From contig OZ024766.1 of the NCBI GenBank assembly GCA_964016885.1, forward strand, positions 4,340,001 to 4,404,000: a stretch of 64,000 bases of DNA, written 5' to 3'. This document shows, piece after piece, positions 11,956-23,550 of this stretch. The translations under genes and the position numbers were made by a program. Within the stretch, counting starts at the first letter, position 1. Each line of letters begins with the position of its first letter. The notes under the pieces were generated by a model. It was not told where the DNA came from and did not search any database. It saw nothing but the letters and a program-made list of their open reading frames with translations. The stretch is from Eledone cirrhosa. Taxonomy: Eukaryota.

Positions 11956-13193
11956 GCCTCGTTTGTCTTAAAAATGTGTGGGGACAAACCAACATTTGTT
12001 GATTTTTAAAGGAGTATGTTACTATTGCTTATGGTGCCTTTCCTGGACCCTATCACTTAAGGAAAATTTTACGCTAATTAAACTTTATATATTCAAATGA
12101 AGTTCAGATAAAAAAAAATAAGCTAAAAAAGAATTGATTATATCAAATAAACAACAAGTAAAATATAGACGTTTAAAAAAAAGAGGGAGGGGGACTTGTC
12201 CCCTGGTACCCCGCTGAAACAAAGCCCTTGATTGTTTCTATAAACTATAAAGAATTACAGATGGAGATATAAATATATATACAAACAAACGTAACGGACT
12301 AAAACCGTCAAGGGGGATAACTACAACATCGCTTAATTCTAGATTAGCGGGATTGGGCAGACAATATATTTAATTATTTCAATTGTTCCAGCTGTACCCA
12401 TAGCGTTTATATATGTATCATATATATATATATATATATATATATGAGACTAAACTGCTGAACGAGTTCTTCCCCTGTTTTAAGACAGCAGAGGGTTATT
12501 TAGCTGCTATTTCTACCAAATCAAACAACAAGGTAAGAGACTCGTTGTTACGTAATAATTATTTTACTGTGTGGTGTTTGTTGTTTTGCCAGGGGTTGGA
12601 TACAATTGATGGAGTGAATTGATATAACTGAAGGTCTTTCTGAAGGTATTAAATTATGTCAGGGACTTTTAACGTACGACACCGGTCACAACCCGGAAAG
12701 AGAAATATTGTCAACGATATCACGTACCTGCCATCTTAATTATAACTTTAATTAATCTAATTATATCTTGTGTAGCAATTATCTCATGTTAAGGTGAAAG
12801 TTAATATTCTGTAGATAACATAGAGTGAGCTACATGTTCCAGGGTAGGTGTTCCATCTCCTACATGATTAAATATTTCATTTCATGAGAAACTACGCTAC
12901 ATCGTGAATTGTTTGTTCCACATTTTACAGGACAGTGAGAAATAGGTTTAAATCACCAACATCTGAACAATTAACTTTCCTGGTCTTTCTCGACTTTACA
13001 TTTGGACTTGAAATATAAAGTACGTATTATTTGTATTGTTAACACAGCAGATATTGTGTACTTTTCTACAATCCGTGGTGAACAATCCAGATTTGTTAGG
13101 ATACAAACACACACATAGACACAACACAACTATTTTCTTACCCCAACATCAATCTTAAACTGTAATATCTATCCTGAACTTTTGAGAATTACT

Positions 13194-14108
13194 ATGGAGG
13201 ATGTTAAACCCTTGGACATTTCTACCACACCTGTTTCCACCAATATAGATACAGTTACACAGACATACAGTGGGGAGAAACTTCTACCTAGTGAAACATG
13301 TACTGAACAAGGATCATTATACAGAAATATTTCTGAATATAGCTGTGAGATTTGTAGGAAAACTTTCTCATTAGAAGATGAATTATCCACACACAAACAC
13401 ATACATACTAAAGATAAACCCTTCCACTGTGAAATATGTGGAAAAACTTTCGCTATGGAAGCTAATCTTGTTAGACATGTACGTAGTCACACCGGAGAAA
13501 AACCTTTCCACTGTGAAACATGTGGGAAATCTTTCACTGAGAAAACTAAGCTTGTTTGTCATATACGTTGTCACACTGGAGAGAAACCCTTCCACTGTGA
13601 AACATGTGGAAAGTCTTTCGCTTGGAATACTAATCTTGTTAGGCATATACGTAGCCACACAGGAGAAAAACCCTTCCACTGTGAAACATGTGGGAAATCT
13701 TTTGCTGAAAATGCTCATCTTTTAGTTCACAAAAGAATACACACTGGAGAAAAACACTTCCACTGTGAAATTTGTGGGAAATCTTTTATTACAAACAGTT
13801 ATTTAACTATACACAAAAGAACCCATACTGGAGAGAAACCCTATCACTGTGAAATATGTGGGCAATATTTTGTACACTACAGTAGTTTAAGTGTTCACAA
13901 AAGAATACACACTGGAGAAAAGCCCTTCAATTGTGATATATGTGGGAAATCCTTTATAAAAAGCAGTGATGTAACTGTACATAAAAGAACACACACGGGA
14001 GAGAAACCTTATCACTGTGATACATGTGGGAAATCTTTTGTCTCTAAATGTAGCTTAAATAAACACAAACACACATTTAAGGGAATGAATTTTAATTATG
14101 AAATATGA
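13194..14108 (+). CDS. C2H2 zinc-finger protein, subfamily A (8 complete + 1 terminal degenerate finger)
   Basis: ORF 13182..14108; the first ATG at 13194 matches the paralogue start MEDVK. Confidence 0.92.
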   Translation: MEDVKPLDISTTPVSTNIDTVTQTYSGEKLLPSETCTEQGSLYRNISEYSCEICRKTFSLEDELSTHKHIHTKDKPFHCEICGKTFAMEANLVRHVRSHTGEKPFHCETCGKSFTEKTKLVCHIRCHTGEKPFHCETCGKSFAWNTNLVRHIRSHTGEKPFHCETCGKSFAENAHLLVHKRIHTGEKHFHCEICGKSFITNSYLTIHKRTHTGEKPYHCEICGQYFVHYSSLSVHKRIHTGEKPFNCDICGKSFIKSSDVTVHKRTHTGEKPYHCDTCGKSFVSKCSLNKHKHTFKGMNFNYEI

Positions 14109-14459
14109 GACACCCTTTCTCTTACAAATCTAAACCTATTGTCCACCAACATCATGAGGGAACTCTTAGAAGTTCTAAACATTCCTTGTCATTTTTGAAA
14201 TTATATTTTAAGTTGCAATTAAATTCTTGTTCATATTTATTCCTTGTCTTCTTGAAGTCATTTTTAATCTAGGCAAGAAATTTCAGCTTTTATTTTCTTT
14301 TGCGAACACCAACATTCCCTGGTGGTGTGTGTAATTGAGGGTCAAGATCTCTAGGTATATATATTAGTCAAGATCTCTAGGTATATATATAGATGAGTGA
14401 CAATATATATCTCCTTACCTGTCATAATATTCTAATCAAGATCTCTAGGTATATAGAAA

Positions 14460-16212
14460 AGATGTCCTACACCTCGTTAGCAAACCACAGTCAACGGGCA
14501 TCTTACGTGGTTGAAAAACATCAAGGAAGAAAACGTACATAGCCACCTGCAAGGTTTTGAGAGGACTGGAAATTACATGCTGGGACATGAGAACCAAGCT
14601 AGACACAGTCGACAGCAGTTGTTCAGTTCATTGATCTGCTCTAACTACACATGAGCTATCAAGACTGAATGTTGACCTCTCTGCCCTTAGTGAAGTCTAC
14701 TTTCCAGAGGAAAGCTCAGAGTTGCTGAAGCATAGAACAAACTACCTGTATCAGTTGTTAGCTGTCGAGACACTTCATCCTTTAAAACCTCCATGGAACA
14801 AACTCCCTGCATCAGTTGTTAGCTGTCGAGACACTGCATCCTTTAAAACCTCCATGGAACAAACTCACTGCATCAGTTGTTAGCTGTCGAGACACTGCAT
14901 CCTTTAAAACCTCCATGGAACAAACTACCTGCATCAGTTGTTAGCTGTTGAGACACTGCATCCTTTAAAACCTCCATGGAACAAACTCCCTGCATCAGTT
15001 GTTAGCTGTCGAGACACTGCATCGTTTAAAACCTCCATGGAACAAACTCCCTGCATCAGTTGTTAGCTGTCGAGACACTGCATCCTTTAAAACCTCCATG
15101 GAACAAACTCACTGCATCAGTTGTTAGCTGTCGAGACACTGCATCCTTTAAAACCTCCATGGAACAAACTACCTGCATCAGTTGTTAGCTGTTGAGTCAC
15201 TGCATCCTTTAAAACCTCCATGGAACAAACTCCCTGCATCAGTTGTTAGCTGTCGAGACACTGCATCGTTTAAAACCTCCATGGAACAAACTCCCTGCAT
15301 CAGTTGTTAGCTGTCGAGACACTGCATCGTTTAAAACCTCCATGGAACAAACTACCTGCATCAGTTGTTAGCTGTCGAGACAGTGCATCCTTTAAAACCT
15401 CCATGGAACAAACTACCTGCATCAGTTGTTAGCTGTCGAGACACTGCATCCTTTAAAATCTCGATGCTTCCTGAAATTCGCCAACACTACACCTGATATC
15501 CCCCCCCCCTTCCATACACACACACACATGTATTTCATGACTCATACACTGTTCATTTTCCTGACATTTGTACATTATTCTATGTACTATACATGCGTGA
15601 AGGCGCATGGCTTAGTGATTAGAGCATTGGGCTTGCAATCGAAAGGTTGTGAGTTCAATTCTCGGACCAGGTAATGTGTTGTTCCCTTGAGCAAGACACT
15701 TTATTTCACGTTGTTCCAGTTTACTCAGCTGTAGAAATGAGATGATAGGGACCCCAATCAAGACACCTCCAATGAGATATACCTTGGAGCAGGCCAGCTA
15801 AACCTGCATAGGTGTGAGCTGTCACACACACATGCACCTTTGATGTGTTGTAGTGCATCTGAGCACTGTACACAATAATTTCATTATCAAGATCATGGCA
15901 CCAGATACACCCTTTACAGCTCACGCTATCCAGCAGCAGGGAGACACCTTTCAGGTATGGGCTTCATGGTCAGCATCTCTCACTTCTAAGCTTGAAAACC
16001 TGCCAACATGTCATTCTGACCCCCTCATCTCTATATACCTCCCACTGAGTCATCAACAATATACCATACTCTTCAGTTAGTACTCCCCAACTCTTCAAGC
16101 AGACCCTGTGAAAAAGAACAATTTTCACTCTGATCTGCAGACTCTTACAGGGCACCCCTGGAGACAACAAAGTTGTAATACTTGATAGTTTCAACACCAG
16201 AGTGGGCCGAGG
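14460..16212 (+). mobile_element. RTE-type LINE endonuclease fragment interrupted by a CR1 tail, a SINE and other sequence
   Basis: The left piece reads LEITCWDMRT...RLNVDLSALSEVYFPEE. The right piece (from ~15885) reads DHGTRYTLY...GMGFMV...YSPTLQADP...KVVILDSFNTRVGR. Both are APE endonuclease motifs. Confidence 0.7.
14731..15460 (+). repeat. 61-bp CR1-derived minisatellite, ~12 copies
   Basis: gctgtcgaga occurs at 14761, 14822 and onward. The unit encodes WNKLPASVVSCRDTASFKTS and runs into the CR1 3' tail. Confidence 0.92.
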
Positions 16213-16214
16213 GC

Positions 16215-16555
16215 ATTAAAACACTTGGACATTTCTAACACAGCTGTTTCTATCAATGTGGATACAGTGGTGAGAAACTCTTGGACATTTCTACCAATAT
16301 AGAGACAGTTACACAGCCATACAGTGGTGAGAAACCCTTGGACATTTCTACCACACCTGTTTCTACCAATATAGAGAGTTACACAGACATACAGTGGTGA
16401 GAAACCCTTGGACATTTCTACCAATATAGATACAGTTACACAGACATACAGTGGTGAGAAACCCTTGGACATTTCTACCAATATAGATACAGTTACACAG
16501 ACATACAGTGGTGAGAAACCTTTACCTAGTGTAACATGTACTGAACAAGAATTAA
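16215..16555 (+). pseudogene. Fragment of the subfamily A ZNF N-terminus with a tandem 57-bp unit
   Basis: Repeats of [19 protein letters not shown], ending LPSVTCTEQEL like the ZNF N-termini. No fingers follow. Confidence 0.8.
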
Positions 16556-17754
16556 AATAAAAACTTAGTCACAGAAGAAAACAAAAGAGGAAATCAATTC
16601 AGTATAGAACTTATTAACTTACTAATGAAGCAAGTCTGTTAATAATGACAGCAATAGTGTTGAATATATTTAATGTTTGGAGTCTAGGTTTGTTATGTTA
16701 TATATATGCCAGGATTAATAGAACTAATGGCAAACTTGTGTTTTGATAAATTGATGGTGTAAGAGAAAACCTATAGTTTATGTTGATTAACATGGAAGTG
16801 ATTAACAGTAAGAATGATATTTTAATGATTTATTTCTATGATATAATTATATAAATGTTTAACATTTGATATAGAGGATTAAATGTATGAGTATCTTTGG
16901 AGAAATAACTATTTCCAGGGACTAATGTAAGGCTAGAACCCAGGACCTTGTGATGGGAAAGTTAACTTCATATTATTTATATATATATAAATATATCTCG
17001 GTCCCGATATCTTTGGCGCTACGTAGTAATACAGAAGACCCACCTTGCCTAAGTACAAAGCGAAACCTACAGTCAGTAGGCACCTCTTAACAAAAATACA
17101 CTCCCGTCCCACTAACTCTACCCCACTGCCATCTACACCACCTCTTTCGATGTAAAGCTATGTTGGTACCACAACATCCAGTCCTAAATAAATGAGATCA
17201 ATAAGGTGTCACAACAAAAAAAACACACAGTCCACACTGTAATGTGGCCATGTAGGAAACGGTAAAAACCTCCCAGTCCACACTGTAAACGTGGTTGGTG
17301 TTAGGAAGGACATCCAGCCGTAGAAAACCCGCCAGACAGTCCTGAGCAAGACAACCATTCTTGCCTCAATTGGGACAATTCCCGTCCAGACCCATGCTAG
17401 CGTGGAAAATGGACGTTAAACGATGATGATGATATATATATATATATATATTTATTTCATTTACCAGTGGTTCCGTGAAGATAGATACATCTATCTTCAA
17501 GAAACCACTGATAAATGAAATAATTATCTTATGTTGTTTATTAGATAACTAATAAGCTCTGTAGCTTGCATAGAGCACTCTTTTTCCCTGTACCTTTCCG
17601 ACAGAAATACTACATATATATATATTACATATAAAAATATATACACATATATGTAGAAGTTATATTTAATTTGTTGGGATTCCAACAAACTTAAAAGTTT
17701 ATAACTGATATAGAGCACTTAACAAGTTACTGGAGTAAATATTCAATATATTAA

Positions 17755-19035
17755 TAAATGGAAATATATGTATATTTATATATATATATATACACATGAA
17801 TATGTATATATATATATATATACATGAATATGTATATATACATATAGATACATGTATATATATACATATAAATATATAATATACAACATTATCATTTGTA
17901 TGTTAAAATAATAGAATAAAATTATTCCTACTACGGCAGTTTGATATCGAACCTCTCACCTCGTTACGAAACAATAAATACCCATTACTCCTACCAACGA
18001 AGCTACCAGAAACCTTGCTGTAAATTTTATATATTTAAAGTATTAAAAACACGGAAAGTGTAGATAATATCCGACATTGTTTTGAGAATAATAGTGTAAA
18101 ATTGACACCGGTTTAGGGGTCCACGTAACCCTTGCCACCTAAATATTTAATCATTAGTAATAAAAACACGAATTCCCTTCGTCAACTGAAACTTTTTTGC
18201 ACCCATTTTTGCGATTAAGTAATGACAGAGTTATCGTTCTTGAGATTTCGGCTGAGAGAAATTTGGGGAACTGATGTCGCTAAATCGTCAAAGTATTTAC
18301 CTCTACTGTTGCATCATGGGAGGGTAATGGCTGAAATTTTTTTTTATATACGAAGGCAATTTTTTTAAATTTCTTTCCCGGCATCTTGTTCCTTGTTTGG
18401 TATTAATGAATAAATATCAAATAATTAATTTATTGCACACCTCTCTTTAATCTGAACATCAAGTTACCATGGGATCGGGAGGGCAAGGGTTACGTGGAAC
18501 CCCTAAACCGGTGTCAATTTTACACTATTCTTCTCAAAATATTTGTTTCTACTTTTGGCACAAGGCCAGCAAATACCCAGTGCATTACCCGTATTTTATT
18601 TTATCGACCCCCGTCAGGGTGAAAGGCAAAGTTAAACTCGACGGGATTTGAACTCAGAATGCGTCAAACCATGGCATCAGACCCTCTACCGATACTGCCT
18701 AATGTCGGATATTATGATTATTTTGAAGTTTTATTTATCTTCTGTCTCTAAACTTTCTGAATATTTATAATTAAATAAATAAATTTAAGGTTGTAATACT
18801 TTAAATATAAAACTTTCGACAAGTTTTCTGGTAGCTTCGTTGGTAGGAGTAATGGGTATTTATTGTTTCGTAACGAGGTGAGAGGTTCAATATTGAACTG
18901 CCGTAGTAGGATTAATTTTATTCTATTATTTTAACATACAAATGATATATTGTATATTATATATTTATATGTATATATATACATATTCATGTATATATAT
19001 ATATATATATATAAATATACATATATTTCCATTTA
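17755..19035. mobile_element. Foldback-like element, copy 1: long inverted arms (17755-18136 / 18482-19035) around a 345-bp core; SINE inserted in the right arm (~18543-18699)
   Basis: For example cctactacggcagtt...ctaccaacgaagctaccaga (17927-18010) is the reverse complement of 18827-18911. The inner ends are gtaacccttgcc / ggcaagggttac. Confidence 0.85.
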
Positions 19036-19761
19036 GTCAATACGAGTTCTTCCCCTGTTTTAAGACAGCAGAGGGTTATTTGGCTGCTATTTCTACCAAA
19101 TCAAACAACAAGGTAAGAGACTCGTTGTTACGTAATAATTATTTTACTGTGTGGTGTTTGTTGTTTTGCCAGGGATTGGATACAATTGATGGAGTGAATT
19201 GATATAACTGAAGGTATTAAATTATGTCAGGGACTTTTAACGTACGACACCGGTCACAACCCGGAAAGAGAAATATTGTCAACGACACCACGTACCTGCC
19301 ATCTTTACTATAACTTTAATTAATCTAATTATATCTTGTGTAGCAATTATCTCATGTTAAAGTGAAAGTTAATATTCTGTAGATAACATAGAGTGAGCTA
19401 CATGTTCCAGGGTAGGTGTTCCATCTCCTACATGATTAAATATTTCATTTCATGAGAAACTACGCTACATCGTGAATTGGTTGCTCCACATTTTACAGGA
19501 CAGTGAGAAATAGGTTTAAATCACCAACATCTGAACAATTAGCTTTCCTGGTCTTTCTTGACTTTACATTTGGACTTGAAATATAAAGTACGTATTATTT
19601 GTATTGTTACCACAGCAGATATTGTGTACTTTTCTACAATCCGTGGTGAACAATCCAGATTTGTTAGGATACAAACACACACATAGACACAACACAACTA
19701 TTTTCTTACCCCAACATCAATCTTAAACTGTAATATCTATCCTGAACTTTTGAGAATTACT

Positions 19762-20760
19762 ATGGAGGATGTTAAACCCTTGGACATTTCTACCACACCT
19801 GTTTCTACCAATATAGATACAGTTACACACACATACAGTGGGGAGAAACTTCTACCTAGTGAAACATGTACTGAACAAGGATCATTATACAGAAATATTT
19901 CTGAATATAGCTGTGAGATTTGTAGGAAAACTTTCTCATTAGAAGATGAATTATCCACACACAAACACATACATACTAAAGATAAACCCTTCCACTGTGA
20001 AATATGTGGAAAAACATTCGCTATGGAAGCTAATCTTGTTAGACATGTACGTAGTCACACCGGAGAAAAACCTTTCCACTGTGAAACATGTGGGAAATCT
20101 TTCACTGAGAAAATTATGCTTGTTAGACATATACGTTGTCATACTGGAGAGAAACCCTTCCACTGTGAAACATGTGGAAAGTCTTTCGCTTGGAATGCTA
20201 ATCTTGTTAGGCATATACGTAGCCACACTGGAGAAAAACCCTTTAACTGTGAAGCATGTGGGAAATCTTTCACTGAGAAAACTAAACTTGTCAGTCATAT
20301 ACGTAGTCACACAGGAGAAAAACCCTTCCACTGTGAAACATGTGGGAAATCTTTTGCTGAAAATGCTCATCTTTTAGTTCACAAAAGAATACACACTGGA
20401 GAAAAACACTTCCACTGTGAAATTTGTGAGAAATCTTTTATTACAAACAGTTATTTAACTATACACAAAAGAACCCATACTGGAGAGAAACCCTATCACT
20501 GTGAAATATGTGGGCAATATTTTGTACACAACAGTAGTTTAAGTGTTCACAAAAGAATACACACTGGAGAAAAGCCCTTCAATTGTGATATATGTGGGAA
20601 ATCCTTTGTAAAAAGCAGTGATTTAACTGTACATAAAAGAACACACACGGGAGAGAAACCTTATCACTGTGATACATGTGGGAAATCTTTTGTCTCTAAA
20701 TGTAACTTAAATAAACACAAACACACATTTAAGGGAATGAATTTTAACTGTGAAATATGA
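19762..20760 (+). CDS. C2H2 zinc-finger protein, subfamily A (9 complete + 1 terminal degenerate finger); recent duplicate of the 13194 gene
   Basis: ORF 19750..20760 is exactly 28 aa (one finger) longer than 13182..14108. Confidence 0.92.
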   Translation: MEDVKPLDISTTPVSTNIDTVTHTYSGEKLLPSETCTEQGSLYRNISEYSCEICRKTFSLEDELSTHKHIHTKDKPFHCEICGKTFAMEANLVRHVRSHTGEKPFHCETCGKSFTEKIMLVRHIRCHTGEKPFHCETCGKSFAWNANLVRHIRSHTGEKPFNCEACGKSFTEKTKLVSHIRSHTGEKPFHCETCGKSFAENAHLLVHKRIHTGEKHFHCEICEKSFITNSYLTIHKRTHTGEKPYHCEICGQYFVHNSSLSVHKRIHTGEKPFNCDICGKSFVKSSDLTVHKRTHTGEKPYHCDTCGKSFVSKCNLNKHKHTFKGMNFNCEI

Positions 20761-21371
20761 GACACCCTTTCTCTTACAAATCTAAACCTATTGTCCATCA
20801 ACATCATGAGGGAACTCTTAGAAGTTCTAAACATTCCTTGTCATTTTTGAAATTATATTTTAAGTTGGAATTAAATTCTTGTTCATATTTATTCCTTGTC
20901 TTGAAGTCATTTTTCATCTAGGCAAGAAATTTCAGCTTTTATTTTCTTTTGCGAACAACATTCCCTGTTGGTGTGTGTAATTGAGGGTCCCTCAATAGTA
21001 CTTTAGTCAAGATCTCTAGGTATATATATAGATGAGTGACAATATATGTCTCCTTACCTGTCATAATATTCTAATCAAGATCTCTAGGTATATAGAAAAT
21101 ATGTCCTACACACCCCATTAGCAAACCACAGTTAATGGGCATCTTACGTGGTTGAAAAACATCAAGGAAGAAAACGTACATAGCCACCTGCAAGGTTTTG
21201 AGAGGACTGGAAATTACATGCTGGGACATGAGAACCAAGCTAGACACAGTCGACAGCAGTTGTTCAGTTCATTGATCTGCTCTAACTACACATGAGCTAT
21301 CAAGACTGAATGTTGACCTCTCTGCCCTTAGTGAAGTCTACTTTCCAGAGGAAAGCTCAGAGTTGCTGAAG

Positions 21372-21851
21372 CATAGAACAAACAACCTGCATCAGTTGTT
21401 AGCTGTCGAGACACTGCATCCTTTAAAACTTCCATGGAACAAACTACCTGCATCAGTTGTTAGCTGTCAAGACACTGCATCCTTTAAAACCTCCATGGAA
21501 CAAACTCCTTGCATCAGTTGTTAGCTGTCGAGACACTGCATCCTTTAAAACCTCCGTGGAACAAACTCCCTGCATCAGTTGTTAGCTGTCGAGACACTGC
21601 ATCCTTTAAAACCTCCATGGAACAAACTCCCTGCGTCAGTTGTTAGCTGTCGAGACACTGCACCCTTTAAAACCTCCATGGAACAAACTCCCTGCATCAG
21701 TTGTTAGCAGTCGAGACACTGCATCCTTTAAAACCTCCATGGAACAAACTCCCTGCATCAGTTGTTAGCTGTCGAGTCACTGCATCCTTTAAAACCTCCA
21801 TGGAAAAAACTCCCTGCATCAGTTGTTAGCTGTCGAGACACTGCATCCTTT
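21372..21851 (+). repeat. 61-bp CR1-derived minisatellite, ~8 copies
   Basis: Paralogue of 14731-15460. Confidence 0.9.
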
Positions 21852-21969
21852 CACAGACCCTGTGAAAAACAACAATTTTCATTCTGATCTGCAGACTCTT
21901 ACAGGGCACCCCTGGAGACAACAAAGTTGTAATCCTTGATAGTTTCAACACCAGAGTGGGCCGAGGGCA

Positions 21970-22354
21970 TTAAAACACTTGGACGTTTCTACCAATATAG
22001 AGACAGTTACACAGACATACAGTTGTGAGAAACCCTTGGACATTTCTACCAATATAGACAGTTACACAGACATACAGTGGTGAGAAACCCTTGGACATTT
22101 CTAGCAATATAGAGACAGTTACACAGACATACAGTGGTGAGAAACCCTTGGACATTTCTACCAATATAGAGACAGTTACACAGACATACAGTGGTGAGAA
22201 ACTCTTGGACATTTCTACCAATATAGAGACAGTTACACAGACATACATTGGTGAGAAACCCTTGGACATTTCTACCAATATAGAGACAGTTACACAGACA
22301 TACAGTGGTGAGAAACCTTTACCTAGTGCAACATGTACTGAACAAGAATTATAA
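21970..22354 (+). pseudogene. ZNF N-terminal fragment with ~6 tandem 57-bp units
   Basis: gagaaaccc occurs at 22082, 22139 and onward. ORF 22091..22354 repeats DISTNIETVTQTYSGEKPL. Confidence 0.8.
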
Positions 22355-23232
22355 TAAAAACTTAGTCACAGAAGAAAACAAAAGAGGAAATCAATTCAGT
22401 ATAGAACTTATTAACTTACTAATGAAGCAAGTCTGTTAATAATGACAGCAATAGTGTTGAATATATTTAATGTTTGGAGTCTAGGTTTGTTATGTTATAT
22501 TTATGCCAGGATTACTAGAACTATTGGCAAACTTGTGTTTTGATAAATTGATGGTGTAAGAGAAAACCTATAGTTTATGTTGATTAACAGTAAGAATGAT
22601 ATTTGAATGATTTATTTCTAGGATATAATTATATAAATGTTTAACATTTGATATAGAGGATTAAATGTATGAGTATCTTTGGAGAAATAACTATTTCCAG
22701 GGACTAATGTAAGGCTAGAACCCAGGACCTTGTGATGGGAAAGTTAACTTCATATTATTTATATATATATAAATATATCTCGGTCCCGATATCTTTGGCG
22801 CTACGTAGTAATACAAAAGACCCACCTTGCCTAAGTACAAAGCGAAACCTACAGTCAGTAGGCACCTCTTAACAAAAATACACCCCCGTCCCACTAACCC
22901 TACCCCCACTGCCATCTACACCACCTCTTTCGATGTAAAGCTATGTTGGTACCACAACATTCAGTCCTAAATAAATGAGATCAATAAGGTGTCACAACAA
23001 AAAAAACACACAGTCCACACTGTAATGTGGCCATGTAGGTAACATGGTAAAAACCTCCCAGTCCACACTGTAAACGTGGTTGGTGTTAGGAAGGACATCC
23101 AGCCGTAGAAAACCCGCCAGACAGTCCTGAGCAAGACAAGCATTCTTACCTCAAGTGGGACAATTCCCGTCCAGACCCATGCTAGCGTGGAAAATGGACG
23201 TTAAACGATAATGATGATGATATATATATATT

Positions 23233-23352
23233 TATGTAATAAACAACATAAGATAATTATTTCATTTACCAGTGGTTCCGTGAAGATAGATACATCTATC
23301 TTCAAGAAACCACTGGTAAATGAAATAATTATCTTATGTTGTTTATTACATA
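23233..23352. repeat. Near-perfect palindrome: 59-bp arms, 2-nt loop, 2 mismatches
   Basis: tatgtaataaacaac...gaagatagat|ac|atctatcttc...gttgtttattacata. A shorter version lies at ~17452-17523. Confidence 0.92.
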
Positions 23353-23550
23353 ACTAATAAGCTCTGTAGCTTATATAGAGCACTCTTTTTCCCTGTACCT
23401 TTCCAACAGAAATACTCCGTATATATATATATATATATATTACATATAAAAATATATACACATATATGTAGAAGTTATATTTAATTTGTTGGGATTCCAA
23501 CAAACTTAAAAGTTTATAACTGATATAGAGCACTTAACAGATTACTGGAG

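Larger units (their letters stand above)
12462..19041 (+). repeat. Tandem segmental duplication, unit 1 (~6.6 kb)
   Basis: acgagttcttcccctgttttaagacagcagaggg begins at 12462 and again at 19042. The ZNF gene, UTR, TE fragments and foldback follow colinearly in both units. Confidence 0.92.
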
